A stretch of 64,000 bases of DNA from Auanema rhodensis (lineage: Eukaryota; Animalia; Nematoda). This document shows, in pieces, positions 39,438-54,053 of the stretch (positions within the stretch are counted from its first letter, which is position 1; each line of letters opens with the position of its first letter). Location: positions 4,526,001 through 4,590,000 of the forward strand of contig OZ059900.1 in assembly GCA_964057225.1 (NCBI GenBank). Direction: 5' to 3'. The position numbers and the translations under genes were made by a program. Under the pieces are notes generated by a model, which made no database searches, had not been told where the DNA came from, and saw nothing but the letters and a program-made list of their open reading frames with translations.

Positions 39438-41727
39438 GATACTTAGGTGGTATAGCTACCTGTTCACAAAAAATTGGAAGTCTTGGTTACCATGCATCAC
39501 ATCCTTTGAGATAGTGTTTCTAGACTAATATGACCATGGGGACTTCATTAAAATTCACAGTATTCTTCCATCTTTAACAGTATCCGAGTTACAAATCAAG
39601 ATCACTTTCTTTGGATACTTAGGTGGTATAGCTACCTGTTCACAAAAAATTGGAAGTCCTGGTTACCATGCATCAAACCCATTAAGATTGTGTTTCTAGA
39701 CTAATATGACCATGAGAAATTAATTTAAGTTCACAGTATTCTTCTATCTTTAACGGTATCCGAGTTACAAATCAAGATCACTTTCTTTGGATACTTAGGT
39801 GGTATAGCTACCTGTTCACAAAAAATTGGAAGTCCTATTTACCCATGCATCAAACACAATACGATAGTGTTTCTAGACTAATATGACCATGGGGAGTTCA
39901 TTAAAATTAACAGTATTCTTTTATCTTTAACGGTATCCGAGTTACAAATCAAGATCACTCTCTTTGGATACTTAGGTGGTATAGCTACCTGTTCACAAAA
40001 AATTGGAAGTCTTGGTTACCATGCATCAAATCCTTTAAGATAGTGTTTCTAGACTAATATAACCATGGAGACTTTATTAAATTTCACAGTATTCTTCTAT
40101 CTTCAACGGTATCCGAGTTACAAATCAAGATCACTTTCTTTGGATACTTAGGTGGTATAGCTACCTGTTCACAAAAAATTGGAAGTCGTGGTTACCATGC
40201 ATCAAACACAATAAGATAGTGTTTCTAGACTAATATAACCATGGGGACTTCATTAAAATTAACAATATTCTTCTATCTTCAACGGTATCCGAGTTACAGA
40301 TCAAGATCACTTTCTTTGGATACTTAGGTGATATAGCTAACTGTTCACAAAAAATTGGAAGTCCTGGTTACCATGCATCAAACCCATTAAGATTGTGTTT
40401 CTAGACTAATATGACCATGATAACTTCATTAAATTTCACAGTATTCTTCTATCTTCAACGGTATCCGAGTTACAAATCAAGATCACTTTCTTTGGATACT
40501 TAGGTGGTATAGCTACCTGTTCACAAAAAATTGGAAGTCCTGGTTACCATGCATCAAACCCATTAAGATTGTGTTTCTAGACTAATATGACCATGAGAAA
40601 TTCATTTAAGTTCACAGTATTCTTCTATCTTTAACGGTATCCGAGTTACAAATCAAGATCACTTTCTTTGGATACTTAGGTGGTATAGCTACCTGTTCAC
40701 AAAAAATTGGAAGTCCTGGTTACCATGCATCAAACCCATTAAGATTGTGTTTCTAGACTAATATGACCATGAGAAATTCATTTAAGTTCACAGTATTCTT
40801 CTATCTTTAACGGTATCCGAGTTACAAATCAAGATCACTTTCTTTGGATACTTAGGTGGTATAGCTACCTGTTCACAAAAAATTGGAAGTCCTGGTTACC
40901 ATGCATCAAACCCATTAAGATTGTGTTTCTAGACTAATATGACCATGGGAAATTCATTTAAGTTCACAGTAGTCTTCTATCTTTAACGGTATCCGAGTTA
41001 CAAATCAAGATCACTTTCTTTGGATACTTAGGTGGTATAGCTACCTGTTCACAAAAAATTGGAAGTCTTGGTTACCATGCATCAAATCCTTTAAGATAGT
41101 GTTTCTAGACTAATATAACCATGGGGACTTCATTAAACTTCACAGTATTCTTTTATCTTTAACGGTATCCGAGTTACAAATCAAGATCACTTTCTTTGGA
41201 TACTTAGGTGGTATAGCTACCTGTTCACAAAAAATTGGAAGTCCTGGTTACCATGCATCAAACCCATTAAGATTGTGTTTCTAGACTAATATGACCATGA
41301 GAAATTCATTTAAGTTCACAGTATTCTTCTATCTTTAACGGTATCCGAGTTACAAATCAAGATCACTTTCTTTGGATACTTAGGTGGTATAGCTACCTGT
41401 TCACAAAAAATTGGAAGTCCTGGTTACCATGCATCAAACCCATTAAGATTGTGTTTCTAGACTAATATGACCATGAGAAATTCATTTAAGTTCACAGTAT
41501 TCTTCTATCTTTAACGGTATCCGAGTTACAAATCAAGATCACTTTCTTTGGATACTTAGGTGGTATAGCTACCTGTTCACAAAAAATTGGAAGTCCTATT
41601 TACCCATGCATCAAACACAATACGATAGTGTTTCTAGACTAATATGACCATGGGGAGTTCATTAAAATTAACAGTATTCTTTTATCTTTAACGGTATCCG
41701 AGTTACAAATCAAGATCACTTTCTTTG

Positions 41728-44700
41728 GATACTTAGGTGGTATAGCTACCTGTTCACAAAAAATTGGAAGTCCTGGTTACCATGCATCAAACCCATTAAG
41801 ATTGTGTTTCTAGACTAATATGACCATGAGAAATTAATTTAAGTTCACAGTATTCTTCTATCTTTAACGGTATCCGAGTTACAAATCAAGATCACTTTCT
41901 TTGGATACTTAGGTGGTATAGCTACCTGTTCACAAAAAATTGGAAGTCCTATTTACCCATGCATCAAACACAATACGATAGTGTTTCTAGACTAATATGA
42001 CCATGGGGAGTTCATTAAAATTAACAGTATTCTTTTATCTTTAACGGTATCCGAGTTACAAATCAAGATCACTCTCTTTGGATACTTAGGTGGTATAGCT
42101 ACCTGTTCACAAAAAATTGGAAGTCTTGGTTACCATGCATCAAATCCTTTAAGATAGTGTTTCTAGACTAATATAACCATGGAGACTTTATTAAATTTCA
42201 CAGTATTCTTCTATCTTCAACGGTATCCGAGTTACAAATCAAGATCACTTTCTTTGGATACTTAGGTGGTATAGCTACCTGTTCACAAAAAATTGGAAGT
42301 CGTGGTTACCATGCATCAAACACAATAAGATAGTGTTTCTAGACTAATATAACCATGGGGACTTCATTAAAATTAACAGTATTCTTCTATCTTCAACGGT
42401 ATCCGAGTTACAGATCAAGATCACTTTCTTTGGATACTTAGGTGATATAGCTACCTGTTCACAAAAAATTGGAAGTCCTATTTACCATGCATCAAACACA
42501 ATACGATAGTGTTTCTAGACTAATATGACCATGGGGACTTCATTAAAATTAACAGTATTCTTCTATCTTCAACGGTATCCGAGTTACAGATCAAGATCAC
42601 TTTCTTTGGATACTTAGGTGGTATAGCTACCTGTTCACAAAAAATTGGAAGTCTTGGTTACCATGCATCAAATCCTTTAAGATAGTGTTTCTAGACTAAT
42701 TTAACCATGGGGAATTCATTAAATTTCACAGTATTCTTCTATCTTCAACGGTATCCGAGTTACAAATCAAGATCACTTTCTTTGGATACTTAGGTGGTAT
42801 AGCTACCTGTTCACAAAAAATTGGAAGTCCTGGTTACCATGCATCAAACCCATTAAGATTGTGTTTCTAGACTAATATGACCATGAGAAATTAATTTAAG
42901 TTCACAGTATTCTTCTATCTTTAACGGTATCCGAGTTACAAATCAAGATCATTTTCTTTGGATACTTAGGTGGTATAGCTACCTGTTCACAAAAAATTGG
43001 AAGTCCTATTTACCCATGCATCAAACACAATACGATAGTGTTTCTAGACTAATATGACCATGGGGAGTTCATTAAAATTAACAGTATTCTTTTATCTTTA
43101 ACGGTATCCGAGTTACAAATCAAGATCACTCTCTTTGGATACTTAGGTGGTATAGCTACCTGTTCACAAAAAATTGGAAGTCCTGGTTACCATGCATCAA
43201 ATCCTTTAAGATAGTGTTTCTAGACTAATATAACCATGGAGACTTCATTAAATTTCACAGTATTCTTCTATCTTCAACGGTATCCGAGTTACAAATCAAG
43301 ATCACTTTCTTTGGATACTTAGGTGGTATAGCTACCTGTTCACAAAAAATTGGAAGTCCTGGTTACCATGCATCAAACCCATTAAGATTGTGTTTCTAGA
43401 CTAATATGACCATGGGGACTTCATTAAAATTAACAGTATTCTTCTATCTTCAACGGTATCCGAGTTACAGATCAAGATCACTTTCTTTGGATACTTAGGT
43501 GATATAGCTACCTGTTCACAAAAAATTGGAAGTCCTATTTACCATGCATCAAACACAATACGATAGTGTTTCTAGACTAATATGACCATGGGGACTTCAT
43601 TAAAATTAACAGTATTCTTTTATCTTTAACGGTATCCGAGTTACAAATCAAGATCACTTTCTTTGGATACTTAGGTGGTATAGCTACCTGTTCACAAAAA
43701 ATTGGAAGTCTTGGTTACCATGCATCAAATCCTTTAAGATAGTGTTTCTAGACTAATATAACCATGGGGACTTCATTAAATTTCACAGTATTCTTCTATC
43801 TTTAACGGTATCCGAGTTACAAATCAAGATCACTTTCTTTGGATACTTAGGTGGTATAGCTACCTGTTCACAAAAAATTGGAAGTCCTGGTTACCATGCA
43901 TCAAACCCATTAAGATTGTGTTTCTAGACTAATATGACCATGAGAAATTCATTTAAGTTCACAGTATTCTTCTATCTTTAACGGTATCCGAGTTACAAAT
44001 CAAGATCACTTTCTTTGGATACTTAGGTGGTATAGCTACCTGTTCACAAAAAATTGGAAGTCCTGGTTACCATGCATCAAACCCATTAAGATTGTGTTTC
44101 TAGACTAATATGACCATGATGACTTCATTAAATTTCACAGTATTCTTCTATCTTCAACGGTATCCGAGTTACAAATCAAGATCACTTTCTTTGGATACTT
44201 AGGTGGTATAGCTACCTGTTCACAAAAAATTGGAAGTCCTGGTTACCATGCATCAAACCCATTATGATAGTGTTTCTAAACTAATATAACCATGGGGACT
44301 TCATTAAAATTAACAGTATTCTTTTATCTTTAACGGTATCCGAGTTACAAATCAAGATCACTCTCTTTGGATACTTAGGTGGTATAGCTACCTGTTCACA
44401 AAAAATTGGAAGTCCTGGTTACCATGCATCAAACCCATTAAGATTGTGTTTCTAGACTAATATGACCATGAGAAATTCATTTAAGTTCACAGTATTCTTC
44501 TATCTTTAACGTTATCCGAGTTACAAATCAAGATCACTTTCTTTGGATACTTAGGTGGTATAGCTACCTGTTCACAAAAAATTGGAAGTCTTGGTTACCA
44601 TGCATCAAATCCTTTAAGATAGTGTTTCTAAACTAATATAACCATGGGGACTTCATTAAAATTAACAGTATTCTTTTATCTTTAACGGTATCCGAGTTAC

Positions 44701-47700
44701 AAATCAAGATCACTCTCTTTGGATACTTAGGTGGTATAGCTACCTGTTCACAAAAAATTGGAAGTCCTGGTTACCATGCATCAAACCCATTAAGATTGTG
44801 TTTCTAGACTAATATGACCATGAGAAATTCATTTAAGTTCACAGTATTCTTCTATCTTTAACGTTATCCGAGTTACAAATCAAGATCACTTTCTTTGGAT
44901 ACTTAGGTGGTATAGCTACCTGTTCACAAAAAATTGGAAGTCTTGGTTACCATGCATCAAATCCTTTAAGATAGTGTTTCTAGACTAATATAACCATGGG
45001 GACTTCATTAAATTTCACAGTATTCTTCTATCTTCAACGGTATCCGAGTTACAAATCAAGATCACTTTCTTTGGATACTTAGGTGGTATAGCTACCTGTT
45101 CACAAAAAATTGGAAGTCCTGGTTACCATGCATCAAACCCATTAAGATTGTGTTTCTAGACTAATATGACCATGATGATTTCATTAAATTTCACAGTATT
45201 CTTCTATCTTCAACGGTATCCGAGTTACAAATCAAGATCACTTTCTTTGGATACTTAGGTGGTATAGCTACCTGTTCACAAAAAATTGGAAGTCCTGGTT
45301 ACCATGCATCAAACCCATTAAGATAGTGTTTCTAGACTAATATAACCATGGGAAATTCATTTAAGTTCACAGTATTCTTCCATCTTTAACGGTATCCGAG
45401 TTACAAATCAAGATCACTTTCTTTGGATACTTAGGTGGTATAGCTACCTGTTCACAAAAAATTGGAAGTCCTGGTTACCATGCATCAAACCCATTAAGAT
45501 TGTGTTTCTAGACTAATATGAACATGATAAATTCATTTAAGTTCACAGTATTCTTCTATCTTCAACGGTACCCGAGTTACAAATCAAGATCACTTTCTTT
45601 GGATACTTAGGTGGTATAGCTACCTGTTCACAAAAAATTGGAAGTCCTGGTTACCATGCATCAAACCCATTAAGATTGTGTTTCTAGACTAATATGACCA
45701 TGATGACTTCATTAAATTTCACAGTATTCTTCTATCTTCAACGGTATCCGAGTTACAAATCAAGATCACTTTCTTTGGATACTTAGGTGGTATAGCTACC
45801 TCTTCACAAAAAATTGGAAGTCCTGGTTACCATGCATCAAACCCATTAAGATAGTGTTTCTAGACTAATATAACCATGGGAAATTCATTTAAGTTCACAG
45901 TATTCTTCCATCTTTAACGGTATCCGAGTTACAAATCAAGATCACTTTCTTTGGATACTTAGGTGGTATAGCTACCTGTTCACAAAAAATTGGAAGTCTT
46001 GGTTACCATGCATCACATCCTTTGAGATAGTGTTTCTAGACTAATATGACCATGGGGACTTCATTAAAATTCACAGTATTCTTCCATCTTTAACAGTATC
46101 CGAGTTACAAATCAAGATCACTTTCTTTGGATACTTAGGTGGTATAGCTACCTGTTCACAAAAAATTGGAAGTCCTGGTTACCATGCATCAAACCCATTA
46201 AGATTGTGTTTCTAGACTAATATGACCATGAGAAATTAATTTAAGTTCACAGTATTCTTCTATCTTTAACGGTATCCGAGTTACAAATCAAGATCACTTT
46301 CTTTGGATACTTAGGTGGTATAGCTACCTGTTCACAAAAAATTGGAAGTCCTATTTACCCATGCATCAAACACAATACGATAGTGTTTCTAGACTAATAT
46401 GACCATGGGGAGTTCATTAAAATTAACAGTATTCTTTTATCTTTAACGGTATCCGAGTTACAAATCAAGATCACTCTCTTTGGATACTTAGGTGGTATAG
46501 CTACCTGTTCACAAAAAATTGGAAGTCTTGGTTACCATGCATCAAATCCTTTAAGATAGTGTTTCTAGACTAATATAACCATGGAGACTTTATTAAATTT
46601 CACAGTATTCTTCTATCTTCAACGGTATCCGAGTTACAAATCAAGATCACTTTCTTTGGATACTTAGGTGGTATAGCTACCTGTTCACAAAAAATTGGAA
46701 GTCGTGGTTACCATGCATCAAACACAATAAGATAGTGTTTCTAGACTAATATAACCATGGGGACTTCATTAAAATTAACAGTATTCTTCTATCTTCAACG
46801 GTATCCGAGTTACAGATCAAGATCACTTTCTTTGGATACTTAGGTGATATAGCTACCTGTTCACAAAAAATTGGAAGTCCTATTTACCATGCATCAAACA
46901 CAATACGATAGTGTTTCTAGACTAATATGACCATGGGGACTTCATTAAAATTAACAGTATTCTTCTATCTTCAACGGTATCCGAGTTACAGATCAAGATC
47001 ACTTTCTTTGGATACTTAGGTGGTATAGCTACCTGTTCACAAAAAATTGGAAGTCTTGGTTACCATGCATCAAATCCTTTAAGATAGTGTTTCTAGACTA
47101 ATTTAACCATGGGGAATTCATTAAATTTCACAGTATTCTTCTATCTTCAACGGTATCCGAGTTACAAATCAAGATCACTTTCTTTGGATACTTAGGTGGT
47201 ATAGCTACCTGTTCACAAAAAATTGGAAGTCCTGGTTACCATGCATCAAACCCATTAAGATTGTGTTTCTAGACTAATATGACCATGAGAAATTAATTTA
47301 AGTTCACAGTATTCTTCTATCTTTAACGGTATCCGAGTTACAAATCAAGATCATTTTCTTTGGATACTTAGGTGGTATAGCTACCTGTTCACAAAAAATT
47401 GGAAGTCCTATTTACCCATGCATCAAACACAATACGATAGTGTTTCTAGACTAATATGACCATGGGGAGTTCATTAAAATTAACAGTATTCTTTTATCTT
47501 TAACGGTATCCGAGTTACAAATCAAGATCACTCTCTTTGGATACTTAGGTGGTATAGCTACCTGTTCACAAAAAATTGGAAGTCCTGGTTACCATGCATC
47601 AAATCCTTTAAGATAGTGTTTCTAGACTAATATAACCATGGAGACTTCATTAAATTTCACAGTATTCTTCTATCTTCAACGGTATCCGAGTTACAAATCA

Positions 47701-50700
47701 AGATCACTTTCTTTGGATACTTAGGTGGTATAGCTACCTGTTCACAAAAAATTGGAAGTCCTGGTTACCATGCATCAAACCCATTAAGATTGTGTTTCTA
47801 GACTAATATGACCATGGGGACTTCATTAAAATTAACAGTATTCTTCTATCTTCAACGGTATCCGAGTTACAGATCAAGATCACTTTCTTTGGATACTTAG
47901 GTGATATAGCTACCTGTTCACAAAAAATTGGAAGTCCTATTTACCATGCATCAAACACAATACGATAGTGTTTCTAGACTAATATGACCATGGGGACTTC
48001 ATTAAAATTAACAGTATTCTTTTATCTTTAACGGTATCCGAGTTACAAATCAAGATCACTTTCTTTGGATACTTAGGTGGTATAGCTACCTGTTCACAAA
48101 AAATTGGAAGTCTTGGTTACCATGCATCAAATCCTTTAAGATAGTGTTTCTAGACTAATATAACCATGGGGACTTCATTAAATTTCACAGTATTCTTCTA
48201 TCTTTAACGGTATCCGAGTTACAAATCAAGATCACTTTCTTTGGATACTTAGGTGGTATAGCTACCTGTTCACAAAAAATTGGAAGTCCTGGTTACCATG
48301 CATCAAACCCATTAAGATTGTGTTTCTAGACTAATATGACCATGAGAAATTCATTTAAGTTCACAGTATTCTTCTATCTTTAACGGTATCCGAGTTACAA
48401 ATCAAGATCACTTTCTTTGGATACTTAGGTGGTATAGCTACCTGTTCACAAAAAATTGGAAGTCCTGGTTACCATGCATCAAACCCATTAAGATTGTGTT
48501 TCTAGACTAATATGACCATGATGACTTCATTAAATTTCACAGTATTCTTCTATCTTCAACGGTATCCGAGTTACAAATCAAGATCACTTTCTTTGGATAC
48601 TTAGGTGGTATAGCTACCTGTTCACAAAAAATTGGAAGTCCTGGTTACCATGCATCAAACCCATTATGATAGTGTTTCTAAACTAATATAACCATGGGGA
48701 CTTCATTAAAATTAACAGTATTCTTTTATCTTTAACGGTATCCGAGTTACAAATCAAGATCACTCTCTTTGGATACTTAGGTGGTATAGCTACCTGTTCA
48801 CAAAAAATTGGAAGTCCTGGTTACCATGCATCAAACCCATTAAGATTGTGTTTCTAGACTAATATGACCATGAGAAATTCATTTAAGTTCACAGTATTCT
48901 TCTATCTTTAACGTTATCCGAGTTACAAATCAAGATCACTTTCTTTGGATACTTAGGTGGTATAGCTACCTGTTCACAAAAAATTGGAAGTCTTGGTTAC
49001 CATGCATCAAATCCTTTAAGATAGTGTTTCTAAACTAATATAACCATGGGGACTTCATTAAAATTAACAGTATTCTTTTATCTTTAACGGTATCCGAGTT
49101 ACAAATCAAGATCACTCTCTTTGGATACTTAGGTGGTATAGCTACCTGTTCACAAAAAATTGGAAGTCCTGGTTACCATGCATCAAACCCATTAAGATTG
49201 TGTTTCTAGACTAATATGACCATGAGAAATTCATTTAAGTTCACAGTATTCTTCTATCTTTAACGTTATCCGAGTTACAAATCAAGATCACTTTCTTTGG
49301 ATACTTAGGTGGTATAGCTACCTGTTCACAAAAAATTGGAAGTCTTGGTTACCATGCATCAAATCCTTTAAGATAGTGTTTCTAGACTAATATAACCATG
49401 GGGACTTCATTAAATTTCACAGTATTCTTCTATCTTCAACGGTATCCGAGTTACAAATCAAGATCACTTTCTTTGGATACTTAGGTGGTATAGCTACCTG
49501 TTCACAAAAAATTGGAAGTCCTGGTTACCATGCATCAAACCCATTAAGATTGTGTTTCTAGACTAATATGACCATGATGATTTCATTAAATTTCACAGTA
49601 TTCTTCTATCTTCAACGGTATCCGAGTTACAAATCAAGATCACTTTCTTTGGATACTTAGGTGGTATAGCTACCTGTTCACAAAAAATTGGAAGTCCTGG
49701 TTACCATGCATCAAACCCATTAAGATAGTGTTTCTAGACTAATATAACCATGGGAAATTCATTTAAGTTCACAGTATTCTTCCATCTTTAACGGTATCCG
49801 AGTTACAAATCAAGATCACTTTCTTTGGATACTTAGGTGGTATAGCTACCTGTTCACAAAAAATTGGAAGTCCTGGTTACCATGCATCAAACCCATTAAG
49901 ATTGTGTTTCTAGACTAATATGAACATGATAAATTCATTTAAGTTCACAGTATTCTTCTATCTTCAACGGTACCCGAGTTACAAATCAAGATCACTTTCT
50001 TTGGATACTTAGGTGGTATAGCTACCTGTTCACAAAAAATTGGAAGTCCTGGTTACCATGCATCAAACCCATTAAGATTGTGTTTCTAGACTAATATGAC
50101 CATGATGACTTCATTAAATTTCACAGTATTCTTCTATCTTCAACGGTATCCGAGTTACAAATCAAGATCACTTTCTTTGGATACTTAGGTGGTATAGCTA
50201 CCTCTTCACAAAAAATTGGAAGTCCTGGTTACCATGCATCAAACCCATTAAGATAGTGTTTCTAGACTAATATAACCATGGGAAATTCATTTAAGTTCAC
50301 AGTATTCTTCCATCTTTAACGGTATCCGAGTTACAAATCAAGATCACTTTCTTTGGATACTTAGGTGGTATAGCTACCTGTTCACAAAAAATTGGAAGTC
50401 TTGGTTACCATGCATCACATCCTTTGAGATAGTGTTTCTAGACTAATATGACCATGGGGACTTCATTAAAATTCACAGTATTCTTCCATCTTTAACAGTA
50501 TCCGAGTTACAAATCAAGATCACTTTCTTTGGATACTTAGGTGGTATAGCTACCTGTTCACAAAAAATTGGAAGTCCTGGTTACCATGCATCAAACCCAT
50601 TAAGATTGTGTTTCTAGACTAATATGACCATGAGAAATTAATTTAAGTTCACAGTATTCTTCTATCTTTAACGGTATCCGAGTTACAAATCAAGATCACT

Positions 50701-50884
50701 TTCTTTGGATACTTAGGTGGTATAGCTACCTGTTCACAAAAAATTGGAAGTCCTATTTACCCATGCATCAAACACAATACGATAGTGTTTCTAGACTAAT
50801 ATGACCATGGGGAGTTCATTAAAATTAACAGTATTCTTTTATCTTTAACGGTATCCGAGTTACAAATCAAGATCACTCTCTTTG
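41728..50884. repeat. 25-monomer (4402-bp) tandem duplication, about 2.1 copies
   Basis: Private GAATTC at 42712 and 47114 and GGTACC at 45567 and 49969 are 4402 apart. ATTATGAT/TCTAAAC (44194, 48596), ACGTTA, GATCATTT and CCTCTT recur at the same shift. No differences were seen by eye. Confidence 0.92.
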
Positions 50885-51060
50885 GATACTTAGGTGGTAT
50901 AGCTACCTGTTCACAAAAAATTGGAAGTCTTGGTTACCATGCATCAAATCCTTTAAGATAGTGTTTCTAGACTAATATAACCATGGAGACTTCATTAAAT
51001 TTCACAGTATTCTTCTATCTTCAACGGTATCCGAGTTACAAATCAAGATCACTTTCTTTG

Positions 51061-54053
51061 GATACTTAGGTGGTATAGCTACCTGTTCACAAAAAATTGG
51101 AAGTCGTGGTTACCATGCATCAAACCCATTAAGATTGTGTTTCTAGACTAATATGAACATGATAAATTCATTTAAGTTCACAGTATTCTTCTATCTTCAA
51201 CGGTACCCGAGTTACAAATCAAGATCACTTTCTTTGGATACTTAGGTGGTATAGCTACCTGTTCACAAAAAATTGGAAGTCCTGGTTACCATGCATCAAA
51301 CCCATTATGATAGTGTTTCTAAACTAATATAACCATGGGGACTTCATTAAAATTAACAGTATTCTTTTATCTTTAACGGTATCCGAGTTACAAATCAAGA
51401 TCACTCTCTTTGGATACTTAGGTGGTATAGCTACCTGTTCACAAAAAATTGGAAGTCCTGGTTACCATGCATCAAACCCATTAAGATTGTGTTTCTAGAC
51501 TAATATGACCATGAGAAATTCATTTAAGTTCACAGTATTCTTCTATCTTTAACGTTATCCGAGTTACAAATCAAGATCACTTTCTTTGGATACTTAGGTG
51601 GTATAGCTACCTGTTCACAAAAAATTGGAAGTCTTGGTTACCATGCATCAAATCCTTTAAGATAGTGTTTCTAAACTAATATAACCATGGGGACTTCATT
51701 AAAATTAACAGTATTCTTTTATCTTTAACGGTATCCGAGTTACAAATCAAGATCACTCTCTTTGGATACTTAGGTGGTATAGCTACCTGTTCACAAAAAA
51801 TTGGAAGTCCTGGTTACCATGCATCAAACCCATTAAGATTGTGTTTCTAGACTAATATGACCATGAGAAATTCATTTAAGTTCACAGTATTCTTCTATCT
51901 TTAACGTTATCCGAGTTACAAATCAAGATCACTTTCTTTGGATACTTAGGTGGTATAGCTACCTGTTCACAAAAAATTGGAAGTCTTGGTTACCATGCAT
52001 CAAATCCTTTAAGATAGTGTTTCTAGACTAATATAACCATGGGGACTTCATTAAATTTCACAGTATTCTTCTATCTTCAACGGTATCCGAGTTACAAATC
52101 AAGATCACTTTCTTTGGATACTTAGGTGGTATAGCTACCTGTTCACAAAAAATTGGAAGTCCTGGTTACCATGCATCAAACCCATTAAGATTGTGTTTCT
52201 AGACTAATATGACCATGATGATTTCATTAAATTTCACAGTATTCTTCTATCTTCAACGGTATCCGAGTTACAAATCAAGATCACTTTCTTTGGATACTTA
52301 GGTGGTATAGCTACCTGTTCACAAAAAATTGGAAGTCCTGGTTACCATGCATCAAACCCATTAAGATTGTGTTTCTAGACTAATATGACCATGATGACTT
52401 CATTAAATTTCACAGTATTCTTCTATCTTCAACGGTATCCGAGTTACAAATCAAGATCACTTTCTTTGGATACTTAGGTGGTATAGCTACCTGTTCACAA
52501 AAAATTGGAAGTCCTGGTTACCATGCATCAAACCCATTAAGATAGTGTTTCTAGACTAATATAACCATGGGAAATTCATTTAAGTTCACAGTATTCTTCT
52601 ATCTTTAACGTTATCCGAGTTACAAATCAAGATCACTTTCTTTGGATACTTAGGTGGTATAGCTACCTGTTCACAAAAAATTGGAAGTCCTGGTTACCAT
52701 GCATCAAACCCATTAAGATTGTGTTTCTAGACTAATATGACCATGATGACTTCATTAAATTTCACAGTATTCTTCTATCTTCAACGGTATCCGAGTTACA
52801 AATCAAGATCACTTTCTTTGGATACTTAGGTGGTATAGCTACCTGTTCACAAAAAATTGGAAGTCCTGGTTACCATGCATCAAACCCATTAAGATAGTGT
52901 TTCTAGACTAATATAACCATGGGAAATTCATTTAAGTTCACAGTATTCTTCCATCTTTAACGGTATCCGAGTTACAAATCAAGATCACTTTCTTTGGATA
53001 CTTAGGTGGTATAGCTACCTGTTCACAAAAAATTGGAAGTCCTGGTTACCATGCATCAAACCCATTAAGATTGTGTTTCTAGACTAATATGAACATGATA
53101 AATTCATTTAAGTTCACAGTATTCTTCTATCTTCAACGGTACCCGAGTTACAAATCAAGATCACTTTCTTTGGATACTTAGGTGGTATAGCTACCTGTTC
53201 ACAAAAAATTGGAAGTCCTGGTTACCATGCATCAAACCCATTAAGATTGTGTTTCTAGACTAATATGACCATGATGACTTCATTAAATTTCACAGTATTC
53301 TTCTATCTTCAACGGTATCCGAGTTACAAATCAAGATCACTTTCTTTGGATACTTAGGTGGTATAGCTACCTCTTCACAAAAAATTGGAAGTCCTGGTTA
53401 CCATGCATCAAACCCATTAAGATAGTGTTTCTAGACTAATATAACCATGGGAAATTCATTTAAGTTCACAGTATTCTTCCATCTTTAACGGTATCCGAGT
53501 TACAAATCAAGATCACTTTCTTTGGATACTTAGGTGGTATAGCTACCTGTTCACAAAAAATTGGAAGTCTTGGTTACCATGCATCACATCCTTTGAGATA
53601 GTGTTTCTAGACTAATATGACCATGGGGACTTCATTAAAATTCACAGTATTCTTCCATCTTTAACAGTATCCGAGTTACAAATCAAGATCACTTTCTTTG
53701 GATACTTAGGTGGTATAGCTACCTGTTCACAAAAAATTGGAAGTCCTGGTTACCATGCATCAAACCCATTAAGATTGTGTTTCTAGACTAATATGACCAT
53801 GAGAAATTAATTTAAGTTCACAGTATTCTTCTATCTTTAACGGTATCCGAGTTACAAATCAAGATCACTTTCTTTGGATACTTAGGTGGTATAGCTACCT
53901 GTTCACAAAAAATTGGAAGTCCTATTTACCCATGCATCAAACACAATACGATAGTGTTTCTAGACTAATATGACCATGGGGAGTTCATTAAAATTAACAG
54001 TATTCTTTTATCTTTAACGGTATCCGAGTTACAAATCAAGATCACTCTCTTTG
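51061..54053. repeat. Rearranged partial third copy of the 25-mer unit
   Basis: The same private markers reappear (GGTACC 51202 and 53138; TCTAAAC; ACGTTA; CCTCTT), with chimeric monomers at 51061 and 52469 and extra A-type monomers. Confidence 0.8.
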
